From assembly GCF_001194135.2 (NCBI RefSeq), contig NC_068989.1, positions 94,107,992-94,171,991 on the forward strand: 64,000 nt of DNA, read 5' to 3'. The notes below the pieces were generated by a model. That model was not told the DNA's origin, searched no databases, and worked only from the letters and a program-made list of their open reading frames with translations. Numbering within the stretch: position 1 is the first letter of the stretch; each line of letters opens with the position of its first letter. Source of the stretch: Octopus bimaculoides (Eukaryota). The translations under genes and the position numbers were made by a program. Of the stretch, positions 51,477 through 64,000 are shown in pieces.

Positions 51477-52349
51477 ATCTATCGCGCTCTATTATTGTTA
51501 TTATTATCATCATAGCAGAAATGAAAGTCCGCCTCTTTCTAATAGGTTAATAGAATAATTACCTGTTATGTATATTAAATTCGATTTATTCAACTTGTAT
51601 GAATTATCTTTGTTGTGCCAATATAAAGAAGAGACGACCGACAACAATTTCGGAATCTTCGATCATCAAGACTTCAGTTATTTTCACATTTATTTAGCTA
51701 GTCTTATGAGATCCTACCGATAGGATTCATCAAATAATTTGAATAATTAAGATTACAAATACTTGAATTGTGCTGCAATCTCACTCTAACAATCATCTTA
51801 AAGTCTTATCGGTTACCATATTATATCTCATTGTATCAAAATATCGTACTCGCAGTTCGTTATATTTATGAAATGGTTAACAATGTGCGTTTATTTGATT
51901 GACGCTGTAAGTCATCATCACGAATAAGATTGCGCTTTCACCCTTATGTGCATTTATGCAGATTAATTAGATACGAGATCGACATCTTACAGATGCAAGA
52001 AAGCGGGTACCTCCATACCAATGAAGACTTGAGGTTCTAAGAAATGAAGGGAAATTTAATCGTCATATCATCTGATTAAAGAGAACCTGACAAGTAATTT
52101 TGATTTAGCACGTGTTGGATTGATGTTGGGAAGGTGGAAAAGAGGGTGCTGTACGTTAATGTTATCAGTGATTCTAGCGTTGTAGCAGAATTTAACAGAA
52201 TCCTTATTAGTTCCATAATATTAAGCGTCTCAGGAACTCCAGCGATGCAGTGAGTTTACATAGCTTGGACCTGCTCATCGTTGGTGCAGTAAATGCTCAT
52301 AATGATGATAATAATAACAATAATAGAGCGCGATTAGATTACTCTAATT

Positions 52350-52562
52350 TTGGTATCAAATTCTGGCATACGGCCAGCAATTTTGTGGAGGAGGTGAACT
52401 GATTACATCGATCCCAGCGCTCAACTCGTATTTATTTTATCGAATCCCGAAAGAATGAAAGGCAAAGTTGACCTCGGTGGAATTTTAACTCAGCGTGAAA
52501 ACGGACAAAACGCTGTTAAGCATTTAACTCGGCGTGCTAACCATTCTGTCAGCTCGCCGCCT
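52350..52562 (-). mobile_element. SINE family B, near full length
   Basis: Minus strand ggcggcgagctgacagaatggttagcacgccgag...gagttaaaattccaccgaggtcaactttgcctttcattctttcggg. Confidence 0.85.
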
Positions 52563-52789
52563 TAATTACCTTTCTGCAATCTTACCAAATAGAAATGGTA
52601 GCTGAGATTTTTCAAGAAGCTGTTCCCATACCTACAAGCTTTCACAATTAGAAGCAACATTTTCATTTGCAGTTTGACCCTACCACTATAGTCAAGTAAC
52701 ATCTTTGTCGGGGGAAACTAACTCCACGTAAGAATGAACATAGATTCCTCTAATAGTTTCAATATGGTTGCCTCAGCTCACAGATGTTT

Positions 52790-53014
52790 TCTTATGTTAT
52801 CGTTTACATGCTTCACCAAGTATACTGCGGCCATGCTGGAGCAAGGCCTTGAATTCTTAGTCGAATGAATCGATCCCAGTAATTATTTTTAAAGCCTGGT
52901 ATTTATTTTATGGGTATCGTTTTGACGAACCACTAGGTTATGGGGACGTAAGCAAACCAACACAGGTTCTCAAGTGGTGGTGGTGGTGGTGGTAGGAAAC
53001 TAACACAGACAAAG

Positions 53015-53055
<41 letters not shown>

Positions 53056-53201
53056 GACAGGCTTCTTTCGGTTTCCATCTACGAAATCTATTCACAAGGC
53101 CCGAGACTATAGTAGAAAACTCTTGCCCAAGGTTCCACGTAGTAGGACTGAAAACAGAACCCTGTGGTCGGGACGAAAACTTCTTACCACACAGCCACGC
53201 T
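52790..53201 (-). mobile_element. SINE family A, full length, with internal microsatellite
   Basis: Same architecture as 46081-46506: head ggctgtgtggtaag, ccttgggcaagag, internal (TA)(TG)(CCA) tract. Confidence 0.85.
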
Positions 53202-53499
53202 GTCTGTCAGAGTGACTCTGAACCAGCGGCAACACAAGACCACTTGTCCCGTACAGAACATCAACAGGAAGTTGATCATCTTGTAACATGAGCTACAAGC
53301 CCAGGACACTATAAAGTTGCTCGAAGACGATATACTACTGAGTACTACAGTTATTGTTGCCTTTGTTTCGTAAAAAGACAAACATGACGTGCAAAGCTAT
53401 AACCAAATATGGTCATTCATTACTATTTTGCATACGTTGGAATACTTTAAGGAAGCCTTCTGTATTTTGCGATTTGAAGGAGTTTTGACTTTTACCGAC

Positions 53500-56200
53500 C
53501 GATCACATGGGTGGAAAAGAAGAATACAGGCGGGGTTAGATATGCTCTCAAACGACATCCTGTGTTAGACCGAAAAGCGATAAGGGAGCATAAAAGCGAA
53601 CAAAAACACAGGGCACTAAACAGGAAGTATGATATTGAAAGAAAGGGCCTGAAAGTAGTAACGAAGGAACTGAACCAGCGCCTCGTTGCAAAGAAAGTAA
53701 AGATGGTAAGATACTCTGAATAACCTCTTCTGGTTACCACCAGAAGAGGTTATTCAGAATAGATCAGAAGAGATTATATAAGGAGAGAAATGGAGAGTAT
53801 ACCAGACGACAATGAAAGTCAAAGGATTTGGAGTGACATCTGGAGCAAATACAAGGAGCACAAGAAGGGTGCTGAATGGTTGCAAGAACTGAAACAAACA
53901 GTAGTCTGTCCAAAACAGGCAGAACTAATCATTTCAGTTAGGGAAATGAAAGAAATTAGCAAAAAAATGAATAAATAGGCAACAAGAGGGCTCCGTAATC
54001 AAATGGATTTCAAGGCTACTGATCAAAGGATTTGATGAATGTCATGCACGATTAACAGCACAACTCAATACCTTGTTTAATGCCGACCAAGTAATACCAG
54101 AGTGGTTGAGCACGGGTAGGGGAGTACTGTGCAATGCAGTAGACAATGGCAGGCCAATAGCCTGCCTGCCACTTATGTGAAAATGATTGATTGGAATAGT
54201 CGCAGAGTCAACGTACGGACATCTGGAAAAAGAATGGAGTCCTGCTATATGAGCAGAATGGTTGCAAGTGTAAGTGCAGAAGTAACAAGTATCATTTCCT
54301 TGTAGACAAATCTGTACTTAGGAGCTGCAAGGAGGAGGAAAACTAGCTTAGTCATTTTATGGATCGATTAACGTAAGGCGAACGATATGATCCCACATTC
54401 TTGGATTGTGGGGTGTATGAACCTACTTGATATTTCTTCGAATGTTGAGCGATTGCTTGGAGAAAGTATGGCGAAGTGGAGGATGGAAATGAGAGCATAT
54501 TGAAGAAGTTTAGGGACAAGAGAAATCAAGACAGGCATCTTCCAAAGGGACTGCCTGTCCCCACTGATGCATCATACGGTGCATGATAACATTAGCACTG
54601 ATTCGGAGGAAAGCAAAGGTAGGGTACCTATTCAAGAGCCACCAATAAAATGTCAACTACTTGTTATTCATGGATGACCCCAAACTTTATGGTGAAGATG
54701 AAGCCCAAGTCAGCTCCCTCGTTGATACGGTGTATACTTTCGGTCCTGACATGAGAATTGAGTTCGGACTGAAACAAGTGTGTTGTGTTAGCCTTGAAGA
54801 GAGGTAACATGAAATCGTTGGACGGGCTAGTGATACCGTCGGGGAAGTTATGAAGCCGATAGAAGACACGGGCTATAATTACTTGACTTGGGGATATTGG
54901 AGATGGATCAATTGATGGAGAAAGAAATGGCAGAAAAATTTAAGGTGGAATACTTGCGCAGACTGAGACTGATCCTTAAGTCGAAATTAAAGGAACGGAA
55001 TGAGATTGAAGCTATCAACACCTGCACTGTTTCCCTCCTTAGATATGGCGCAGGGGTAATCGCATGGATAGTAAACGAACTAAACAGCTTAGACAGAAAG
55101 ACAAGAAAGTTGCTAACTAGATATGGGATACTCCACCCAAAAAGTGACACAGACAGACACTATGGATCAAGAAAAAGAGAAGAGGACTTATTGGAAGCGA
55201 ACACAGCATTAGAGTAGAAGAAAACATAGCATGGTATGCAAAAAAAGCCACAGAACCTCTGGTCAGGCTTGAGTAGGATGAAGTATTGCAAAGATAAAGC
55301 ACTGTACAAGCACTTGAGAATAAATGAAATTGAAAATAGGTGGGTAAAGAAAAGAATGCATGGACAATTTCATAGGGATGTTGAAGATGAGAGGGACAGA
55401 GAAAAAAATGGTTATGGATGACTAAAAGTGATTTAAAATCGGACACAGAGGCTCTAATCTGTGTTGCCTAAGAGCAAGCATTTAGAACGAATTACATCAA
55501 ATAGAGAATAGACAACACATCAGAAAAGTGATAAGTGCAGAATTTGTGGACAAAATGGTGAAACCGTATGGCATATTACCAGTCAATGTACGCCACTAGC
55601 ACTGAAGGAATATAAGAGACGTCATTACAATATAGCAAGGATTGTCCATTGGACACTTTGCAACAAGTATGCTCTAGACAGAGGAAAAAATTGTTACGAA
55701 CATAAACCCGAAGGCATCATCGTAAATGATAATGCAAAGATCCTATGGGATTTTATGACTCAGTTCGACTATGAGATAGAAAATAGGAAACCAGACATAG
55801 ACTTAATTGAGAAAGAAAGCAAATTATGCTGGATTATAGATGCAGCATGCCCAGCTGAAAACAAGGTATGTGATTAGGAAGAAAGAAAGGTCGATAGATA
55901 TAACAGGTTAGCTTGGGAAGTTAAGCAGCTGTGGTCGATGTCAAAGGTGGTTGTAGTACCATCAATTATCGGAGCCCTGGGAACAGTGAGTAAAAATCTC
56001 GAGAAGTACATGGAACAAATAGGGGCTGTAATAAGGGTGGGGTACTTTCAGAAAACAGCACTGCTTTTAACCGCTAGAATACTCCGGCTGGTGCTCGAAA
56101 AATAAGGGCTGGTATCTTAGTTCACTGGTAATGAAGAGCTGACATCGTAGTACATTTCCAGTGATACAAGCTGTGCAAAGTCAATAAAATGATAAGAAGA
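53500..56200 (+). mobile_element. RLE-type non-LTR retrotransposon (R4/Dong-like), ~2.7 kb, 5'-truncated and decayed
   Basis: In order: KYDIERKGLKVV..ELNQRLVAKK; RLFRIDQKRLYKE; D..KAYDMIPHSW-like motif (~54380); GIFQ.DCLSPL (~54535); LFMDD.KLY (~54665); NTCTVSLLRYGAG; CRICGQNGETVWHITSQC (~55530); KPDI..I...C.IID..CP and K endonuclease motifs; ILRLVLEK*; 3' UTR and (AAT/AAG) tail. Confidence 0.93.
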
Positions 56201-56203
56201 ATA

Positions 56204-56395
56204 AGGCCTGACGTTTGGGGAAGGGGAATAGTCGGTTACATTAACCCCAGTACTCAACTGGTACTTAATTTATCGACCCTGAAAGGATAAAAGGTAAAGT
56301 AAACCTTCGCGGAATTTGAACTCAGAACGTAGCAAGGGGTGAAATACCGTTAAGCAATTCGCGCAGCGCGATAGCAATTCTGCCAGCTCACTACC
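56204..56395 (-). mobile_element. SINE family B, tail-to-tail with the LINE
   Basis: Minus strand gtgagctggcagaattgc...ttctgagttcaaattccgcgaagg...gggtcgataaattaagtaccagttgag. Confidence 0.85.
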
Positions 56396-56792
56396 ACAGG
56401 AAAACGAAAAAAAGAACAGAAAACGAAAAAGAAGTAGAACAAAAAGAAGAAGAAGAAGAAGAAATAAAGTTGTATGTTAGGTATTGTATTCCAATGTTGG
56501 AATATAATAATTTTGTGCACCAATATGACAACTTTTGTATTTATTTTTCATGGAAATGCTAAAATATCTTACATTTCTATAGAAACGCAAGTCTAAACGT
56601 TTTCTTTTTCCTTATTATTTTTCAACATTTAAAGTTTGATATTGTTTCACAAGATATCAATAAATAATCTTCTGATACATTAAAAGCTACTTTTCACTAT
56701 CCTGTGTATCTGCGTGTGTATGTGTGTGGCAGGGTAATTGTGTGCGTGTGCATGCACCCACCTATTTGTGTATATACATATACATATAACAA

Positions 56793-56950
<158 letters not shown>

Positions 56951-57532
56951 CATATGTAAATTGACACATACGTATATAATTACACATACACACACTTGTA
57001 CATACAATAATGTATCTAAGATGTCTGCTCCTGACAATTTTTTTGAAACTTCCATCAGCACAAACTTTAGAACACTAAACACAAAACATGACATTCTGTG
57101 ACGATCAACTGTTTTTTTTTTCAAACGTTCCTCCACCTCTCTCTATCTCTATANNNNNNNNNNNNNNNNNNNNNNNNNNNNNNNNNNNNNNNNNNNNNNN
57201 NNNNNNNNNNNNNNNNNNNNNNNNNNNNNNNNNNNNNNNNNNNNNNNNNNNNNNNNNNNNNNNNNNNNNNNNNNNNNNNNNNNNNNNNNNNNNNNNNNNN
57301 NNNNNNNNNNNNNNNNNNNNNNNNNNNNNNNNNNNNNNNNNNNNNNNNNNNNNNNNNNNNNNNNNNNNNNNNNNNNNNNNNNNNNNNNNNNNNNNNNNNN
57401 NNNNNNNNNNNNNNNNNNNNNNNNNNNNNNNNNNNNNNNNNNNTATATACACGCACACGTGTCTATATACAAATGTATATAGCACATATATATATATATT
57501 TATGTATGTATACTCACAAACATACGTTTCTG

Positions 57533-57579
<47 letters not shown>

Positions 57580-57832
57580 TGAATACTAACAAAAATTCGT
57601 AATCGAAATTAATTCAGGTGTTTACTAATAGGTTTCAATTACTTAAAACAGATACCCAGATACAAGCACTTAAACAGTCATTGAAATAAACTCATACTTC
57701 AAAACTAATTACTTATATCGATTTCTATAGTTTTCAAGAATTTCATTTAATTTCAAATCCGTATCTTTATTATTCAAAGTTCTGATTCATGAAACATCAA
57801 TTGTTTGGCGCAGTTCCTCTTGCACTCAATCA

Positions 57833-58030
57833 GGATGGATGGATGGATAGATGGGTAGGTAGGTAGGTAGGTAGGTAGGTAGGCAGGTAGGTGGACCGAG
57901 AGGTAGGTCGACTGATAGGTAGGTGGATGGATAGGTAGGTGGAGGGATATGTAGGTAGGTAGGTAAATAGATATATAAATACGTAGCTAGATAGGTAGGT
58001 AGATAAATATATAGATAGTTAGGTAGATAG
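57833..58030. repeat. (GGAT)n/(AGGT)n tetranucleotide array
   Basis: Seen directly. Confidence 0.9.
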
Positions 58031-58188
58031 ATACATAAAATATCGTGCATCATTAAAAGGATATGATGCTAAAAAGCAGCTTAACATGTACTGCAAAGAG
58101 ATAATGAAGGTGGGAGGGAAGGTGGAACTCGCCCTGGAAATACCTTTTCGTTGTGAGTTCTGGGAAGCCATATTCTCGAATGTAGACT

Positions 58189-58247
<59 letters not shown>

Positions 58248-58319
58248 TCATATCTACATACATATATGTACATACTTACATATATATATATGTATATATA
58301 CATGCATATATGGGTACAG

Positions 58320-58890
58320 GACATAAAAAAAACATGAACAAAAAGAGAAACGAGAACATAAACACATAGACAACGAACTTTTTTTCGAACAACGAAAGAA
58401 ACAAAGAGAGAAACGAGACAGGCAACATAAAGAACATTTCCTTCATCAGTTGTCCCCTATTTTATCTACTCCGCGTTTCGAAGGTAGGGACAAGAAGCGA
58501 CTTCGTTAAAACAGTCCTTCCCGCAAAGCAAATTATATAAAATTTGGGATTTTTTGCGAGGGTTAGAGTGATAATAAAACAGGACAGTAAGAACAAAACA
58601 GTAAAAACAAACGGTGAGGGCTGTTAAACGAAGATGATGTGAATTGGTGAACGCGGCTAAAACGAGCTTTGAGAAGAGACAGATAAAAGCCCGTCTTGTC
58701 TTTCGGAAGGAAGTAGAAAGAAGAAAGATAGATAGCAGTTGGTCACGTGAGAAACGGGAGAATCAAGGAGGAAGAGTGTGTGAGAGAGAGAGGGAACGGT
58801 GAAGGGGAGAGGAGAAGAATAGGGAAAGTGTGGGAGAGAAAAACAGAAAGGAAGAAGAACAAGAGAGGGAGATAGATAGAAAATATACAC
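58320..58890 (-). mobile_element. probable non-coding interspersed repeat (purine-skewed plus strand), possibly PLE-associated
   Basis: Bounded by microsatellites, strong strand skew, contains GAAAC and CTGATGA motifs on the minus strand. Confidence 0.45.
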
Positions 58891-61769
58891 ATTTCTGAAT
58901 GTGTATTAAGCGAAGTTTCTTTTTGCAACAGACTCTAGACACTTAATCTTCGTGGAAATAACATTCATTGATATAAAAAAGATGTACATAACTTCCAAAC
59001 AAATAAGCGGATTTCCATGAAACCTTCATCATTCTTTTTCACAGTGAATAATAAACAATACTGAATAGAGTGAGTATTGACATAAATTCCATAGTTTTAG
59101 CGCTATTGTAAAAGATTTACAAAAATCCCTCATTTTAGGAGTTTAGGGGGCTTGAAGGAGTAAATGCACTTAATTGACCTCAGCGAAAAATTTACCATTT
59201 TTCTAGTAAATATAGCAAGCTTTTCGCCCACAGGCATCTTGAGTTTTCACAATTTCTTATTTTCATTCCATCCTAATTTTGAAATCGAAATCTGAGAGCA
59301 AAGAAGATGTTCTCTGGGAGATGCCTAATAAAAACAGTTGCTGTTTGGTTAGGATGATTACTGTTGCACCAGATGGGAAATGTTTGTAACAGGGGAAAGT
59401 AGGTTTGATTGAGTGTGAACACGGATATTCTCTGACGGCATCAAATTCCTTAAGAGCAGATTTTGTCGGATGTTCCCAGAACGTTTGTGATTTCTGGGTG
59501 ACAGTTCATGAAATGGCTGCCCCACAGTTCATGCTATATGTAAAAAAAATATGAGTGTATATTTATTATAAGAGTACTGCTAGTTGTTGTGTGGCAACGA
59601 TTAAAATTATTCAATTGCATTTTACTTGCTGGTAGTACACGAGATCCGATCAAGACAGATAAATTGACGAGTGGATATCTGTATGAGAATATTTTCATCG
59701 AATTTGGCGCCATAAATAAATAATAACACTTCATAGATAAAATCAGACAATGATTTTTCTACTCAATATTGCGATAACGTTTTCTTTATATATTCCAAGT
59801 GACAATATATATCATACACTTTATAGTATCTGTCAAATAAAATTCTGATTTTTATCGGAAGAAATTTTATCTCGCATCTATCGTTACATAGATTGAGAAA
59901 TCTGTATATGAATCCAGTGGGCATTTTTATATTTTTATTATATTTGAAAATGTACTGCAAATCCAGCAAAATGTCTTGATGCTATCGATCTCGCATATTT
60001 ATTTTGGTAACTGGGATGTTCAAACTTTCTTGTCTAATATTACTGGTTCCTAATATGCTTGGCAACCAAAGTATCTTTTTTTTTTTGTTTTGTTTTTGTT
60101 AAGAAAGAATAGACGATCAGATTAGAAAAGAACTAAACATTTTTCCTATAATCTTTGTAGATTCTTTTATGCCTGCCTCCATGGATTATTGTTTACGGTT
60201 GGTTTCGGCTCAGTATTTTCTCTATACAATAAATACAACATATCTTCTGCAGATGTTGATAAATGAGCTGTTGTTTCATTTTCCCTGTAGTTAACTAAAT
60301 AGTAGACGCCATGTCCACGCATATGATCCTTATCATTAATATTATTGACGAAATTTCTCACGTCCTTTCTTTCATTTTTTTTTCGCTGTTCTGAACGTAC
60401 ATTCTAAAGTTTGCCTAATATGTTCAGTTTATTAGTCCATTAGTGAAGTTTCTTCTTTAACTTAATTCCCCGAGGTTTCTATCAGATTAGCTGATTGTTA
60501 TTCATGAAGCATAATCAATCCATCCCATTCTCATTATTAAATTGTAGACTTTATTTCCTTTATTGCCAAATTCTATTCACAAGTGTTGTCTGTTGAAATT
60601 ATGCCTATACTATTCTCTCCCCCTGCTGTCTACCTAATTGCAGAATATCGTTTCAACGCAGCCTAGATTTTATATCTGGTCTTCCGATTTTAACGGCTTT
60701 CTATTGTACTCATGCATATACATAGGCGTACTAAATTACACAGGAATATAGTTAAAGACACTCACACTGAAGCACGTTCTGCCAACACATACATTGACGC
60801 ATGCCTTTGCACACGATTATATATATATGGATATGGGAGGGTGAACATTACGCAGGTATAAACGTCTACTCAGAGAAAAAAGTATCAGCCAAATGGAGAG
60901 AGGAAAAGCAAGTGAAGTAGCATGCTTAATAGCCAAATAATATTGATAGATGCTATACTTAATTACATAGCGTCGTCGTCGTTGTCGACATCATAGTAGT
61001 AGTAGTAGTAGTCTGTCTGACAATATTTCTATCAGCAGTATTACGGGCATCATTGAACTAATGGTAATCGTGTCATTGCTTTAAAATATCAAAATTATTT
61101 TTTAAAAAGTGGAATAGTTTAAAACAAAAAAGGAATGATGAAATTTTAATACGAGGAGTACAAATTAATGTCGATAGTAAAAAAATTTAGTTATATTTCC
61201 ATGCATTCTTACAGGCAACGTATGAAGTTTTAATTTACATTTGATTTAAACAGTAAAGAGCTCTGCTTCGGAATCAGTGGGGGGGTTCGTTGTTTATTTC
61301 TTTTTAATGTAGTAAGTAGATGAGAAAAGTGCATATGACCTTATCAACATCTCTGCCGAGAGTCACGATTCATGCCGTTCATGTTTTACTTGAAGACGCG
61401 TACTTCAGTGTCTGAGGAGATAATGAGGTGGCAGGAAATCCAGCAGGAAAGGACCGGGAGACATATGTGCATTTGTTTTCCATTGCTACTTAGATGTGTA
61501 ATGAAGTGAAATTTCATGGCTCTTTGATTTCCTAGAACCTTCGAAAGTGGTAGGGTAAGGGTGGGAATTATTCTCAAACAGGAGACGTGGTTCAAAAACT
61601 TATAACAGAATGAATTCTCTTCTATGCACCAAGCGCCATGGGTGTTGCTAAATTGGAATACCTGTTAAAGCTGCCAAACCAAGAACTCAGAATTCACAGT
61701 ACAAGGGCAAATATAGCGTTTCATTTCATTGTTGAAACTCTGTAATTACTTCAACAATTTCCACCACGA

Positions 61770-62125
61770 ATTGGTACTTTATTTTACCGATCCAAAATGA
61801 AAATCGAGTGAAGTTGATTTTCTCTGGATTCGAACTCAAACCATAAGCATCTATAGTCATACCTGAAGTCATTCCTTTGACGATTGTGATATTTAGTCAC
61901 CTGCTTACGAATTATATAATATAATCGATCTTGCTGCGTATCAACTGTTTCTAATTCAGACACAATGACAACAATTCTAAGAGGAGAAATGTTTGTGCAT
62001 GCCATCAGCCCACTTATTGATTTGCACCTGGTTGTACGGTCTTGAGATGAATGGCAAAATCGACTCCGGTGGGATGTGAACTCGGAACGAAAGAGCCCCA
62101 AGACATAGGACAAGACATTTTCCCC
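61770..62125 (-). mobile_element. two degraded SINE family B fragments
   Basis: ggtactttattttaccga...gattcgaactc (61770-61850) and ggcaaaatcgactccggtgggatgtgaactcggaac (62040-62125). Confidence 0.5.
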
Positions 62126-64000
62126 GACGCCTTTACGATCACTTACGATCTAACACACGACTCATTACATAACAATAGGGACCAGAACAATTCTCGTCTT
62201 GTTTTGTCTTTTTTAATGTTACGAATGAGTGATTGTGGGTGTAGAGATCGCCATAATTCCAGCAACGGCAGACATTTATATTTGGTAAATTACTAAAGCA
62301 TAAGAATAAATATATTGTGATGAACTGATTTTGATGTGAATATTTATGATCGCAGATACACCGTCAAATTAAAATACAATATCAAAGGTAAAGTCAATAT
62401 TACAAGGCATGGGATCAATCGACGTATTTATAAATTTACTCTTTCGTACAATACACGGCTGTAGTGTGCCCGTATTGTGGTACCTATTAACGTAGGAGCT
62501 GTTTAGTATATAAAACACTATTGCAATGCTATTTTTGAGAGCATCAGCATTTGTAGTTCCAGAAACTTTAGTGTAGTCTGCAGAAATGTAGTGAATATAG
62601 ATAACAATATTTTCCTATTGAATTAATATTTGTTAATTATAAAAAAAGTGTTACTTTATAATACATATACATTTAGATATCAAGAGGAACGCATACAACA
62701 CTTTATAGATTATCTCTGGTTCAAAGGACTAGCATTTTTAGTGGCCGATAAACCCAGCAGCCATCCAGTACAGGGTTCGATATTTCTACCTGTTATCTTT
62801 CACGCTTTACCTTGAATGGAAAGGCCGTGTCTTGCCACATTTTGGGATGCTACTTCGTCCTGAAAAATTACGTCAGGCGTTGAGCCGTTTGCCTGTTAAT
62901 TTCAAGCGTAAGCACCTAGATATTGTTACTGAGCAATATTCCATTAATTAGAAAATACATCTAATTTTGGCCATGAATAAAATGGAAGATCTGAGGAAAG
63001 TGTGTTCCGGATTCAAGTGCTGTACTTGCTGTGGCAAATTACTTTGCGACATGAGCCTCCTTTATCTTTTCAGCTTTCAGTTAACCCTGATCAAGGTTTC
63101 CCATGACTAAAGAGACTTATGCAATCATAACACTTTTATTCAGAAACAGCCCATTAAATAATTATTCGATGCTACTTATTCACGTGAATCTTTAATCTCG
63201 CCAAAACATCATTCATTAATTATGCACAACCTCTATCACTTGTATCAGTGATAAGAAATTATTCTTGTTAGTTAACATATTTCGTAGATACAATTGTTGT
63301 AAGTATTTGGAACTGTATCTTGGAGAATAAAAATGCAAAGTATTTCAGTCACCAATAGACGAAGAATATGAATTAGCGGTCATGACTACTGCAGAATTGC
63401 CAGAAGCAATTGCTTTGTCTAGCAAACAGGAGTCATGCGAATTGAATTTCTAACATTAGAAACTCAGCAACTACGGTAGTATACATATGATATATATCCA
63501 GCTACATAGTAATATAAACAAGACTGTGGCTATATCACTCGTTGTGTAGTAGCGGCGTCTGTTACAGTGTTTATAGCAGTAGGAATGATGTCGTCAAGAA
63601 ACAGTAGTAACATCTGTCATGATATTATTGTAAACAGAAGTTCAACTGAAGTGTTGTTATCCAACAGTGTTAGACAGATTCATAATTACAGTCAGTTGTC
63701 AGACGATGGTTCTATTCATTACACGATGTCAGACAGAATGGCAAAAGAATCAAAAAGTTGATTACAGAAAATTTACTTTATTTTCGAAAGATACATATTT
63801 TCATTGATATTCTCTTTTTTTGTTGTATAGAAATACGTCAGCCTCGATCCAGGAGGCGTATGAGGAAAACAATCCATTCATGACTGTCTCTTCTTTAATT
63901 ATTCTCAGACAATATTATACATGGCACCCATCCCCTTCAGAGACAGTAGGCTGTGATTTGAGGGAGGTCTAACAGATTAGGTAACTGCGTGGCTGTTAAC

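Overview
AT-rich eukaryotic, repeat-saturated DNA with 13 N-gaps, most of them bordered by (AT)n/(AC)n microsatellites. The repeat families and microsatellite load suggest an octopus (coleoid cephalopod) draft assembly; this is inference from recognition, not a database result. I could not support any intact host protein-coding gene, rRNA, tRNA or CRISPR array, and most ORF-track entries are microsatellite or N read-throughs. Recognisable content: three families of tRNA-derived SINEs; decayed RLE-type (R4/Dong-like) LINEs associated with (TAA)n repeats, including a 2.7-kb copy; RTE and CR1-like LINE remnants, one ending in three C2H2 fingers; Tc1/mariner relics; and several Penelope-like element (PLE) fragments. 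Most notable: (1) at least six decayed minimal type I hammerhead ribozyme cores, two of them in a shared ~200-bp non-coding element (retrozyme-like); (2) a PLE with a cleanly reconstructable 5' inversion; (3) a 555-bp non-coding element inserted in a (TAA)n tract; (4) a 38-bp inverted repeat bounding 865 bp, and a template-switch palindrome inside a LINE. Three near-identical duplications sit next to gaps and are probably assembly artefacts.
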